A DNA stretch of 64,000 nucleotides from Chiloscyllium plagiosum. Taxonomy: Eukaryota. Below, piece by piece: positions 24,330-37,489 of the stretch; position 1 is the first letter of the stretch, and each line of letters opens with the position of its first letter. The position numbers and the translations under genes are program-made. The stretch covers positions 6,137,520-6,201,519 of the forward strand of contig NC_057753.1 in the NCBI RefSeq assembly GCF_004010195.1. Direction: 5' to 3'. The notes under the pieces were generated by a model, which saw nothing but the letters and a program-made list of their open reading frames with translations, was not told the origin of the DNA and did not search any database.

Positions 24330-25240
24330 AGAACAAAGAAGATAACAGCACAGGAACAGGCCCTTCAGCCCTCCAAAACTGCACTGATCCAGGTCCTCTA
24401 TCTAAACCTGACTCCTATTTCCAAAAGACCTGCATCCCTCTGCTCCCTGTCCATTCATGTATCCGTCTAGAAACATCTTAAATCACACTGTCGAGCCCAG
24501 CTCTGCCAGCTACGCTGCCAAAGCATTCCAGGCACCCACCATTCTCTGCGTAAAGAACTTGCTACTCATTCCTCCCTTAAGCTTTTCCCCTCTCACCTCG
24601 ACATGATTACCCTTCGTAATTGAATATCCCACTCTGAAAAAAAAGCTTCTTGCTCTCCACCCTTGCTCTATACCTCTCATGATTTTGTAGACCTCGATCA
24701 TATACCCTCTCTCAACCCCTGCCTTTCTCATTGAAATAATCCTCATCTACTCAAGCTACCTTCATAGCTAGCGCCCTCCATACCAGGCAACATCTTGGTG
24801 AACCTCTTCTGCACCTTCTCCAAAGCATCCACATCCTTTTGTTAATGTGACGACCAGAACTGCACGCAAAGTTCCAAATGTGGCGAAATCGAAGTCCTAT
24901 ACAAATCTAACATGATCTGCCAACTCTTACACTCAATACCAACCGATGAAGGAAAGCATGCCGTATGCTTGCTTGACACTTCTGTTGACGTGTTCGCCAA
25001 CTTCAGGGTACATTGGACCTGAACATTCAAATTTCTCTGGACATCAATTTTCCCAGGGCTTTTCCATTTAACGTATAGTTTATTCTTGAATTGGATCTTC
25101 CAAAATGTATCACCTCACATTTGCCCGGATTGAACTCCATCTGCCATTTCTCTGCCCAAATCTTCAACTTGTCTATATTCTGCTGCATTGTCTGACAGTC
25201 CCCTTCACTATCTAGTACTCCACCAATCTTATTGTCATAT
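24330..25240 (-). mobile_element. CR1-type LINE 3' fragment
   Basis: WAEKWQMEFNPGKCEVIHFG, PHLELCVQFWS, IEVYKIMRG and FFTQRMVGAWNAL. Confidence 0.9.
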
Positions 25241-25794
25241 TGTTGCTTGAATAGCCTGTAGAATAATTCTCTCAGTGTTGGCACTGGCCCAATAGAGGTT
25301 GGTAAGCATAACTTTGCAGTATCTACTGGGCTATTTCTGCGGTCGTCTACCAAGCAGGCCAAACAGCTTCTTCTGTGTTGCATATCACTGACTCTATGAC
25401 TCTTGTGATTAGACACTCCAAAGTATCGCTTCTTCAGATATTCCCAGTTCCTTGTCTATTTTACAAGTTTCTAGAACTTGTTCTGCACAAAATAAATGTG
25501 CAGTACTGTGTCTAAAGTGAACAGCTTTCGCTTTGCATCTTTCCTCTGTCGTTACCTCCAGTCGCTATCTATTTCTACATCAGTAACCTCCTCCAGCACC
25601 AACATACTTCCATATCTCTGTCACCTCCGCCAGATCTAACATCACTCTTTATTTCTGTGAATTCATCCAGACTTCACTCCTCCCTATTCCAGTAAACTGT
25701 GCTAGTCCCTTCAGCTAACCCTAACTTAGTAATCTCTTCCAGGATATACATCATTTCGCCGTCCATTGCCTTCCTCCATTCCCAACACTGACCA

Positions 25795-26296
25795 TATAGA
25801 AGACAAAGCATAGTACTATGTAGCGCAGGATCGGATCCTTTGGCCTACGATGTTGTGTTAAGCTTGACGCTACATTAAACCATTTGCTTAGACCTTCCGT
25901 TGTTCCATAGCCCTCCATTCCTTTCATATTGATATGCTTATCCAAAGGCCCTATCATATCTGCCTCCATTACCACCGCTAGCAGCGCGTTCTGGAATTCT
26001 ACCAATTTCTGTATAAAGATTTTATCCCTCACATCTCCTTTTGAACATGCTCCTCTCATTTTAAATGTATACCGCATAGTTTTAGACATTTAAACTCGGT
26101 AAAATATATTCTGACCATCAGCCTTACCTATGCATCTCATTATTTTTTGACTTCTATCCATTCTCGTCTGAACCTCTGCTGCTCGAGATTTCTTAGTCTC
26201 CCGTCATACCTTGTACCCTCTAATCAAGGCAGCATCTTCATAAACCTCTTCTTCACCCTCTCCAAAACCTTCATGTTCTTCCTGTAATGTGGCGAC
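25795..26296 (-). mobile_element. CR1-type LINE 3' fragment
   Basis: FKMRGACSKGDVRDKIFIQKLVEFQNAL followed by the tail. Confidence 0.8.
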
Positions 26297-27444
26297 ATCC
26301 TGTGACATCTATCAAACTTCACTCCTCCCTAAATGTGTAAACCTCTCCAGACCCTACACTCCTCTCTGTCTCTGTAACGTGTTTGAGCCTTGACAGCACT
26401 CCTTCCATCTGTAACATCCTCCACCCCCTGCACCTCTCCCAATCACTGTCGTCATCTACAGATCAGATTCCTTCCCTATGTGAGTAAATTGCTCCACCGT
26501 CTACGACCCTGCCTGTCTCTAAATAACTTCAATATTTATACCTTTCCATTCACTGTTTCATTCTTCAGCATCTACACTCCTCTCTATTTTTTAATCTACT
26601 ACAACATCTTCTCCTTTCGTGTCTCTCCAACCAGCTACAGCTCTCCCTCCATCCATAATCAGATCCAGCCTTCACACCCCCGCAAAATGATGAAGAGGCA
26701 ATAGCTTCATAACATTATCGATGACGTATTTATTCAAAGACTTAGGGAATGTTCTGTGGGCCAGATTTCAAATAGTGGAGTTTGAATTCAAATCTGGATT
26801 TAAGGGTCTGATGAACACGAATTGACTATCAAGAAAAGTCCATCTGGTTCAATAAGGAAGAAAACTATCATCCTTAGCTGGTCTGCCCTACACGTGACTG
26901 CAGACCAGAGCAATGCGGTTGACTTAAAATTAGGGATGCACAATAAATGTTTCCCAAGCCCTTGCTTACTCTGTGAATGTATGAAAAACAATCTCTGGAA
27001 CATACTCTAGCAAGTGCACCTCCTTATCAGTATATCCTTTCACAGCAACTACACCCCCCCCCCCACTGATTTCCATCCCATCCTCCAGCCCCTATAACTC
27101 TTTCAATCTCTGTAATCTCCTCCAGCCCCAAACCCATCCTTAGTATGAGAGGGCGCAGTTTTACAGAAAGCGGCAAGCGATTCCGAGACAATTTGCAAAT
27201 AAAGCTTTTCACTCAAAGAGTGGTGAGAATCTGAAATGCACGTCTGGAGAGGTCAGGATTCTGACAAATTTTAAAACGTGGTGTTTGAGCACTTGAAACG
27301 TCATGTAATCGCATTCAAGGATCTGGGACAAGTGCAGGAAATTGGGATTAGCACACCTTTTGTGGTAGTTAGTGTTGGTGCAGACTCAATGAGCTGAAGA
27401 GGTATTCCTGCAACGTCTAACTCCACGACTTTATGACTGTTTTG

Positions 27445-30400
27445 TCTGTGATCTCCACCAGTTATTGCAGCCCTCCCGATTGCTTGTACCCTCCTCCAGA
27501 TTCTACACTGCTCCCTATCTCTGTCACCTCCACCAGAATCTACATCCTCCACCACATCTGTCTTCTCCTCTCGTATTTGCCCATCTCCCTCACGCTGTAA
27601 ACTCATCCAGAACTTACCTCCCTCCCTTTTTCCATAGCTGCACGGCTCGAGATGTCTCATCTTCCATCGCCTACTCTCCATTCCGTCTCTGTAACCAGCT
27701 CCAGCTCCTGCATCCTTCCCTGTCTGTGTAATTTGATCCAGTCCCTCAACATGCACCTAACGTGCACCCTAACTCTGTGTACTGTCTGTTGCGTGCAATC
27801 TTCCTTACCTTTATACACTCTTCCATAATCTACATCCTTCAATATCTATGTAATCCCTCAGAGCCCTCCTCTGTAAGCTCCTTCAGTTCTTCTGATGTGC
27901 TTAACTTTGGATCTGGGCAGAGACCAATGACAACGGAAAGTAATTGGCCAGCCCCGAGTCCATTCACATGGCCATCGCTGGAGAACCGAGGAATCAAGCG
28001 AAGTCCCTTTACTGATACAGTAAACTCCTTCAGCGTCTGCATTACTCCTATCTCTGTAATTTTCACCAGACCTTACAGTCCTCCCTATCGATGCAATTTC
28101 CTCCAAACTGCATACTCCCCACATCACTGTAAACTCTTCCAGCCCCATATTCCTCGATATCACTGCATTCTCTTCCAGCACCTAAACCACTCTATATCAC
28201 TGCAAAGTCTTTTAGCGCCTATATCTCGAACTATCTGTCTAACCTCTTCCAGTCCAGACAAACATCCATGTCCTTGAAACCTCCACCTTACAAACTTACA
28301 AACATTTCTATCGCTGTAAACTCATCTAGATCCGAAAACTCCTCCTATCACTGTAAACTGCTCTCTCATCTGCATCTTTCCCTGTCTCCTATAGCCTTCA
28401 CAAATCTATAACATCAACCAGCATTTGCACCTCTACACAAGTCTATGTGTGCAATCACCTCCATCCCTGTACCCCTCCAAATTTCAGTATCCTGCTCCTC
28501 ACTATGTCTGCCATCACCTTCAGCCCGTATCCTATCTTTATCAATCCAACAAACCCATCCAGTCTCACTTTGTAAACTTCTTGAACACATTAAACTCTAA
28601 CTTACATGTGTAACGTCGTCCATCCACTTAACTTCTTCCCGTTTCTGCAACAACCTCCAGCTCCTTAGCCACCACTAACACTGTTAACTCCTTCAGCCCC
28701 GTCACTCCATCCCTAGCTCTGTGACTTGCGCTAGCATGTTCAATCCAACAAACGTCTCACCTCTTTCAGTACCTGCACCTTTGCTGATAAATGTATATCC
28801 TCGAATGCATAAATTATACATAATATTGTCAATCGTTTCGAGCCCTTGCAAAATTCAATGTTGTTGTAACCTCTACCAGCACTGACATCCCTCCCTATCA
28901 CTGTAACCTACAGCATGCAGACTGAGGGTTTAAAGGGCAGCTCATTAGCACGTTCTCAAGGGCGATCAATGGTAGACAATAAATGCTGGCTAGTCAGCGA
29001 CATCGATGATCCTCGAATGAATTAAAGATAAACTCTAACATCTGCAATCCTCCTTGTCTGTAACCTGCTTTATCATATCCACCACTCTGAATCACTGTCT
29101 GATTCTCTAGGACCTACACCTACCCCAGCATTTCTAACCTCTGCCAGCTTCTTGCCACACACTACCACATACATTTCTGCAATACTCTCTGCCGGCGTCT
29201 CTGCAGATAGATTAGATTAGATTCCCTACAGTGTGGAAACAGGCCCTTCGGCCCAACAGGTCCACACCGACCGTCTGAAGAGCAACCCACCCAGACCCGT
29301 TCCCCTATATTTACCTCAGACGAATCCACCTAACACTCTGGGCAATTTAGCATGGCCAATTCACCTAACCTCAGGTCTTTGGATTATGGGAGGAAACCGG
29401 AGCACCTGGAGGAAACCCTCGCAGGCCCGGGCAGAATGTGCAAACTCCACACAGATAGTCACCCGAGGCGTGAATCGAACCCGGGTCCCTGGCACTGTGA
29501 ATGCAGCATTGTTAACCACTGAGCCATCGTGCTGCCCCAAATATAAGATATAAAAATATAAAGATATACTTAGGTATAATCATATAATTTGTACATTCAG
29601 CCAATCAAAAATGTGATTAATGTTTCATTCGACCATGGCTGATGCATTTCTCAAATCCATTCTCCTGTCTTCTACTCGTAATGTTTTCAAGACTGTACAT
29701 CTTCTGTAACTCTGAAATCTCCTCCGGCGCTAAGCACCCCACCCCCCATCTCTGTATAATGCTCCGAGTCTGTACTCTGTATGCCTTGTCTGAAATTCGT
29801 CAAGAACATACATCACTCATTATCTTTGTAAACTCCTTCAACCAACACACAAATACCTATCTCGATAACCTCCTTACGCCCCTGCACTTCTTGCTATCTC
29901 TGCCGCCATCTCATAGCCACTGCACCCTCCCTATATCTGTAAAATCATCCAGTATGTTTAAACGTCCCTATCACCATAGCATTCTCTGGCGCCTACTTCA
30001 ACCTCGACACTCCACCCTTTCTGTGTTAACTCTATGAGCCCCAACATACCACCATACCTCGATAATAACTTCCTGCAAAAGCACTCCTGCCTTTGCAATA
30101 TATTCCAGTCACCTACACCCCTCTTTACTTCTGTAAGAAACCCCAATCCCTACACTCCACAGTCTCTGTCATTGTGTCCAGGCTACGTTCTAGATTTTGA
30201 TTTTCTTATCACGTGAGCTCAAGTACAAGGGTATAGGAGCACACCGAAAAGTCCACAAAGGCTCCATTCAGAGTACCTGTTTTGATATAAACTTACCTAT
30301 GTACGAAAGTATAAAGCAGATAAACTTTACAAAAAGATAAAATGTTCAACCTTACAGTTCTTCTGATGTGCTTAACTTTGATCTGGGTCTGGGCTCTTCC

Positions 30401-31760
30401 ACCCTTCGGCAGAGACCAATGCCAACAGAAAGCAATTGGCCAGCCCTGAGTCCATTCACATGGCCATCGCTGGAGAATCGAGGAATCAAGCGAAGTCCCT
30501 TTACTGATACAGCGTCTGCATTACTCCTCTCTCTGTAATTTTCACCAGACCTTACAGTCCTCCCTATCGATGCAATCTCCTCCCAACTGTATAGTCCCCA
30601 TATCACTGTAAACTCCTCCAGCCTCTCCACCTTTCCTCATGTCTGAACCCTCCATCTGCTGTTCTATCCCATCTTATCGCTGCAATCCACTCCAGCATCT
30701 CCATCTCTCTATATCTCTGTACCCTTGCCCAGCCACTGCACGCCTCCCTATCTCTGTGATATCCACCAGCGTGTTAAACCCTCCCTTTCACTGTAACAGC
30801 CTTCAGCACGTACATTCCTCCATATCACTGCAGCCTACTACAACACCTATGCCCCTGCAGATATGTGTATCCTGCACGAGCACGTACACTCCTCCACAGG
30901 CGTGTGATCATATCCATAGCATATCTCATCCCTATCCCAGTAAACTGTTGTCGCATTTACAGCAGTCCCTATCAGTAACCAATTCCAAACTCAATCGCCC
31001 ACCAAATTTTCTAAACATTTCCAGTCCCAAAGCACTCCCTGCTTGCAGGGTACTTCAGGATCAATGCTACTCACAAATGTCTGTAAAATGCTGTTTCCCG
31101 TGCACAATTTACTAGCTCTGCAAGTACCTCCAGTCCGTGCACCCCTCCATAGCTCTGTAAACTCCTCCAGCATCAGCATCCCTTCTTATCTGTTCAACCG
31201 TCTCTACTGTCCATTGTACACCTGAACTTACTAACCACTTCCAGTCCTGAAATCATTCATTATCTCTGTAACCTCCTCGAGCACTAACACTATTCCTGTC
31301 TCATAACCTCCTCCAGTAACACTCCTCCTTTCCTTTGTAAACTCCTCAAATCGCTGCATCCCTCCCAACTTCTGTAAAGTCTTCCAGCTCCTATGACCTT
31401 CCGCATCTTTGTGAAGTCCACTAACCAAGACACCTCCCTATCGCTGTAAAGTGCACCATCTATTGTACTCTTCCCTAAATCTCCTGTATTCGAACCCTCT
31501 ATCTTTGTATCCTCCTCCAGCACCTGCACCTGCCAGCTCTTCAAGCCCCTAAAGCTTTCCTTGTGTTTGTAACATGCTTCAGCCCGAAGCAACTCCAAAT
31601 TACAGTATCTATTGCAGTCTTACCTATCATTACACCCTCTGTCAGTATCCTCGATATTTCATATTTCTGTAACCTGCTCCAGTCCCTACCTTCCTCTTTT
31701 TCTCTGTGACCTACTCCACTATTGATACTCCAACCTCTCTCTGTATCCTGCTCGATTCTC
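27445..31760. repeat. Large, highly degenerate C/T-rich tandem array with a ~35-37 bp unit, containing insertions; smaller patches at ~25540-25750, 26300-26690 and 27000-27140
   Basis: Recurring ctctgtaa(a/c)ctcctccagc..acactcctccctat and strong depletion of G on the + strand. Confidence 0.85.
29208..29538 (-). mobile_element. HE1 V-SINE
   Basis: (tagat)n tail, gtgtggaaacaggcccttcggcccaac, V-domain and head in reverse orientation. Confidence 0.92.
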
Positions 31761-34339
31761 ATAACCGTCAGTAGTCTGCAGTCTTCCACATTTGGATTTC
31801 TGGACTGCATTCATCGCTCCAGTTTTGCTGGCGATTTCTTCAGTTGCTCAATCTCTCTCTCTGTCTCTCCCCCTCCCCCAACCTCTGCTGTTCCTTTCTA
31901 ACTAGCTCACTGTCTCTTTAAGACATTATATAAAGCAGTCTTTGATATTTTTTGGACACGTGCCTATGCCCAACGGCTATCCTTGTCTCGCCCTCCTGGA
32001 ACCCATGTTGGGGTATTTCACTCTGGCAACAGCGATAGAACCGAATTACTGTTTTAATACTCCCCTGTCCTGCAACAGAGCATTGCATTTCCAAACATTC
32101 CTTTCTGTATGTGCCTGTCAAATATGTTTATATTTAACCTTCTAGAAATATTTCATGTTAGAATTCCTTTTCACCTTTTTTCCTTTCTCTGCACTCTACC
32201 TATTCTCACTTGTCTTGGTTTCCCTTCCTGTCCATGTGCAGATTGTCTTCTTTGTTTACCGTAGTTTTTTTTTGCTTGGCAAAGCGTTGGATAAAGCGCC
32301 AGGTTTTGTTTCTACCACCTTAATTCACTCAGACTTTAGCCTTTTATTCTCCAATATGAGTGTATTCGTAAATCTTTGGAGGAAGTCCTTGTGTGGCTTT
32401 TCTAAGAATCAGTGAAAGATACCATGGGCACATGGGCTAAATGGTCTCGATTGGTGGTGTCTCAATTCGTCACTTGGAGGAAGCATCATAAAGGGCAAGC
32501 AACATATGGTGAGTGAGGAATCACAGCCAACTTGAAATGAGAAAATTGATAAATCCTTCCCTGAGAGGATGGTGCTCGTTGCAGAATATGAAATTAGTGA
32601 TGATTCTGGTCTCCAGCATCTGCAGTCCTCACTTTTGCCAAAATGCTATACTGTCTACTGGACACAAGGAAAGCTGGATGGTCCTGATAAACCTTTCAGT
32701 TCGTGCATACAGACTCGGGATTAACTCTGAGATTTGTCTGGTCGATCTCAGAATATTTATCGAAGTCAGTAGCTAACTCAAACGTCTATGTGTTACTTCA
32801 GATCCACAATAAGGTGTTTGTCAAATGGCCCAGGACCAGGGCAGTTTATCACCTCCACCTCGAGAACAGTTGGGGATAGATTATAAATGTAGATCGTTCC
32901 AGCAACATTTAGACCCCAAAATTGTTCCTTACTTTTTCTGAACAGCACATAAATCAGAAAACACCCAGAAGTTTTGTCCTAATTCAGTCTAGAATTTTGT
33001 TCAGATTTCATTGAAGTGATGAGATTTTAAAGATAATCTACGGACGACGGAATAGTTTTCACTCTGCTGTGTTCACCCTGTCCCTCACAACTCTACGACC
33101 TTCTTCACAAGATTTAGATGAATCCCCAACTCCATCTTAGAAAATGTGATACCCTGGGAGAGGCGAAAAATTGATCTAGAAAACCCAGGATATGGAGAAC
33201 ATAAACTCAGGGAAGTCCCTTTCCAACGCTTTGCGGTGATAGAAATGTGTCCAAGTGATCACCCTGGCCCTGGATGAGTAAGTGTTTCCGAAGACAATTG
33301 CTTTACTTCTATTCTGCCGGCATCATTTGAACACATTATCAAGGAGACTTGTCTCCAACTATGTGCAGTCAAGCTCTGTGCTAGCAGTTACTTTTCAAGA
33401 CAAATGCTTTTCCACTTCTGTACTGCTGAGACCATTTGAACACAATGCTCTGGATTTTGATGCCTGCCGTTCAGCTCTGCACTTGCAGTCACTTCCCAAA
33501 ACAATTGCCTTGCTCATTCCGTTTCGTTAAAACTACCTGAATACCTTTCTTGAGAACCTGGTCTCCCAACTGTCACCAGTCCAGCTTTATACGAGCAGCA
33601 ACGAGTTTGAAACCATCATGCAATGATGGTTTGAAACTCGTTAATGGTCACTGGTTCCCACTTCTAGTTTTCTTCTGCCCCACGTTGAATGAAAAAAATA
33701 TCCTAATCATTTCTGTGAATTGAAACAATTGATACAGTTGAATTTGCAGGGACTTGAGTGCTCATTCCTTCAGTTGGGTGAGTGCTCTCATTGGATTGGA
33801 ATGGAAACTTAGAGTCAGAAATGATTTGAATTGTACATCAGCGTTGAAATATATTGAAAAGTCAAATGGGGTGAGATATGGGAGGGGGCGGATTTGGGCG
33901 AGTGGGTAGATAGGAATGAATTGCATCATTGTGTTGGAGAAAGTCTCTTAAACCATGGCCTCGCTTTTAAGACAGTTATTCCATGTCCAGTCTCTGGAAG
34001 GTTCTCCACATTTAATGCCCCATCTTCCCTGGCTGCTTGTGAAATGGCAAATCGTAGTATAGCTCAGCTTGAATTTTTGTGATACTCAGGTAACACAGAA
34101 TGAGGAACCAAAAGCCAATCACTCCCACACAATCCCCAATGAACACCCTTGTTTGGTCTGAGGGAGTGGAAAAAGCTTGTCACTTGAGGAATCAAAATAA
34201 GCTTACAACAGAGCAGTTTGTCCGGGCTCATATTCCAAGGCCCTGATCATCTTTCAATCATTCTCCAACACACTGCTGTTGCCGAAACAATTTAGAATGA
34301 GGATAACGGGGCTGGTGGGAGCACGTTAGACACGTAAGT

Positions 34340-34800
34340 ACCAGTGACAAATATTTGATGGGATTTACTACTGTCACATGTGCTGAGATACAGAAGAAAG
34401 TGTCGTTGGCATGCGAAACAGGTATACCAAACCGTACAAAATGCATCCGGGTAACAGAACAGAGTGCACAACACAGAATGCAGTGTTACGGCTGCAGAGA
34501 AGGAGCAGAGAAACGTCAGCATTGAAATTTGAGAGATCCTTTCAATAACGGTGGGGAAGGAGTTGTTCCTGTATCTGGTAGTCTATGTAATCAAACTTCA
34601 TTATCTTCCACTTGATGAAAGTGATTGACAGTATAACCGGGATGGAATGGGCCTTTGAGCATGTTGGCCGCTTTTTTAAAGCAGCCAGAAAAATAAATGG
34701 AGTCAATGGATGGAATGTCGTTTTGACTGATGGACTGCGTTGTGTTCATGTTTATTTGTAGTATCTTTCGTTCTTGGGCAGAGCAGTTGTCATAACACAA
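34340..34800 (-). mobile_element. Rex1/Babar-like LINE 3' fragment
   Basis: YDNCSAQERKILQ..IPSIDSIY..CFKKAANMLKGPFHPG; similar to 62090-62560. Confidence 0.7.
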
Positions 34801-37489
34801 CGTGACAGTTGACATAATAAACGTGAGCATTCCCCATGAGTGCTATTGCTTAACCCTAAGCTGATGGACTTCCTGAAGTGATCACCCACGCATAAAGGCG
34901 AACTACAGAGCACTTAATGTGGCAGCAAGGGTATCACTCCTTACGTCTTCTAAGTATCAATGGGAAGCAGCGTGACACCTTGACAGAGAGACCCGGGACA
35001 GGGTGGCCTTCGTGATTGTCGACATCACAATTAGCATTATCGTCTGTTTGAAAACACATCATCTTATCCTGCAACCTAGTCTAATATTGTTTTAATGTCC
35101 GATCATACCATTCACACTCCAGAGCTGTGCAAATATCAAGTGAAGACAACAATGTTCACTGGCCTGGAAGGCCCATTCATATCGTCCTTACTCAATCCAT
35201 ATCACAAAGCATCTGCTCCATAACAGCTGGAAATCACTGTCTCCAAAGATCACCACTAGATGCTGTAAGAAAGGCGAGATAGAGCCGTGGAACCATTTTT
35301 GGTGGATAGATCATTATCAACCAGGTTTTTGTGGAGAAAGTTCAGAAACAGTCAACCATTCTGGTGAGCTATCCCTCACTGTTATTTCTATGCAATAAGA
35401 TCACCATGGCTGACACAATGGATACTGACAGATGGTTACCCCGAGAATCAAACAAAACCACATTGTGAAAAATGTCGAGATTGAAGCTGTTAAGTATAGA
35501 GAAGAACCTCTCCACCTCTAGTCCCTTGCCACGTGCATTCAGTGTCATCTATTTGCAGACGGCAATATGGGAAATGGCCCACCTCCGAGCTCCGTGGTGC
35601 CTAAGAAACGCAGAAACATTACTTCGGGACATAAAGCGGTGTCTCGAATGTGAACTGTTGTGAAATCTCTTCATTTTGGGCTTTCAATTAGAAGGTCAGT
35701 CTTGCTCATAAGGAGGCAATTCCATTCTGATTACAGCGAGAGAGAGGCTGCTGGATAGATGTGGATTAGACGCAGGGAGTGATTGACGATGGGATGTGAT
35801 TGATGATGGATACGATTGGAGTCGTGAAGCGATTGGAAATGATAGTGATTCGAAACGGGAAGCGATTGGAGATAGGGTGTCAGTGGTGATGATGTGTCGA
35901 TAAGTGGGTTTAGCGGTGGCGGAAGGCATAAGTTATCTGAGAAAGGACGCTCTGTCTACACTTTGATTGCCAATTCAGGAAGGCCTGAGCGTCTGCTCCA
36001 GCATCTCCATCAATTAATTACTGAATAATCACAGCACCGAGGAAAATCTGCAGTACTTGAAGAAACTTAAAGCTGTGTGGCAAAACGAAATGGTAGGATG
36101 ACGTCCACTCAATGATAGAAACTACTCCTACATTGAGGGCACTCACAGGGCTCTCAGCTGGTGAGCACAAGAATCATGGATACTGTGCACAAAGCTGTAA
36201 ATTGAGGACAGTTGTCCACCAGTGGGTCGACGCTTTTGGAGTGCACGAATTTAGGTATGAACTCAACCCTCCAAAGGAATAGACACCTGGGACCCCATGT
36301 TTCACGGTCTGCTAAATACTTCTAAAAAACCGAAAAGAAAGCAGATTGTGACTAATTCATGTTCCCCAGAGGGTTTCTGAAGGCAGTGGAGTTTCAGAAA
36401 GCTTTCTCAGGTTGGAACTGTCGGGAAACCAGAGAATTATGAAACACTGGGAATACAGATGAGGGTGACTGTTTCATTTTTCGAGTTCATGAATGCGAAG
36501 ACTGATGGAGAGAAAAACCCCGACAAATGATCTTCTGCCATTCAGGCAAAACATGACACTCAGTCACACTTACCCTCTATGGGTTTGATGGTCCTCGGTA
36601 ACTAGGTGCCTCTTATGAATTCGGATGAAATGGCTGAAGATGATTCCATGGTCGTGATCAGGCAGAAACATATCAAGGAAACTTTTACAGAAATTTGTGA
36701 CGGCTCTAACCGAAGTGGAAATTCCCCTCAACATAGATGAGCTTGAGTGGTCTCGTGTCCACCGAGAGTGGTGACACCAAATATTCTAGTACCATCTGGA
36801 GACAAATACCTCGGGAACGGGTTTGTGTTACCACAGGACTCAATGAATGCCTCTGGTGAAGGACCATCAATACTAGCTGATACGTTTGTGGAGACGAGCT
36901 TGATCCTGCCACCAGTCGGCTCAGACAACTCTGAGACAGCTCTTTCCAGGGGAAGACGCTTCCTCAAATTTTGAGATGTCTCAGAACAAGATGGTAACGG
37001 GATTTCACCCGATAATGTAGAGTGCGATGGCAGAAAAGTTTAGCGATTGGCTTTCTTAACCAAACAAAACCTCGAGACTTTTCTCTTCCATTCCAAGGTG
37101 AGGCTCCAGCCGATATTGGTGAGGGCTGTCGCTATGGACTGTGTCCTGGCCAGTGCCATTGTAGTGAATCCTCAAAAATGTCAAGCGAAGTTTGAAGTTG
37201 GAGCAGAGTTTGTGTTTAAGGCTGTGACTGTGCATGAGGGTTGGTTGTGAAGGTCTGGTCTTTGCACTATGTTCAGTGTCAGGTGAAAGTGATCAATCAA
37301 AACAGTTGCCAATAATTGTCATTATGGAGCTGGTAGTAAAAATCAATCGAATGGCAAAAGAAGAAAAATAGGCCAAAGGAAGATTTATCACCATCTCTTG
37401 TGTCAAGTTGGATAATTGGCATGTTTGATAATGATTATTGAATAAACACAACGAATTAAAAGTTGTGGAGTAGGCACTGACCGATGGAT

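Noticed and set aside
27301..31810. Numerous 60-170 aa ORFs
   Set aside because: They arise from the low-complexity satellite and show no domain signal.
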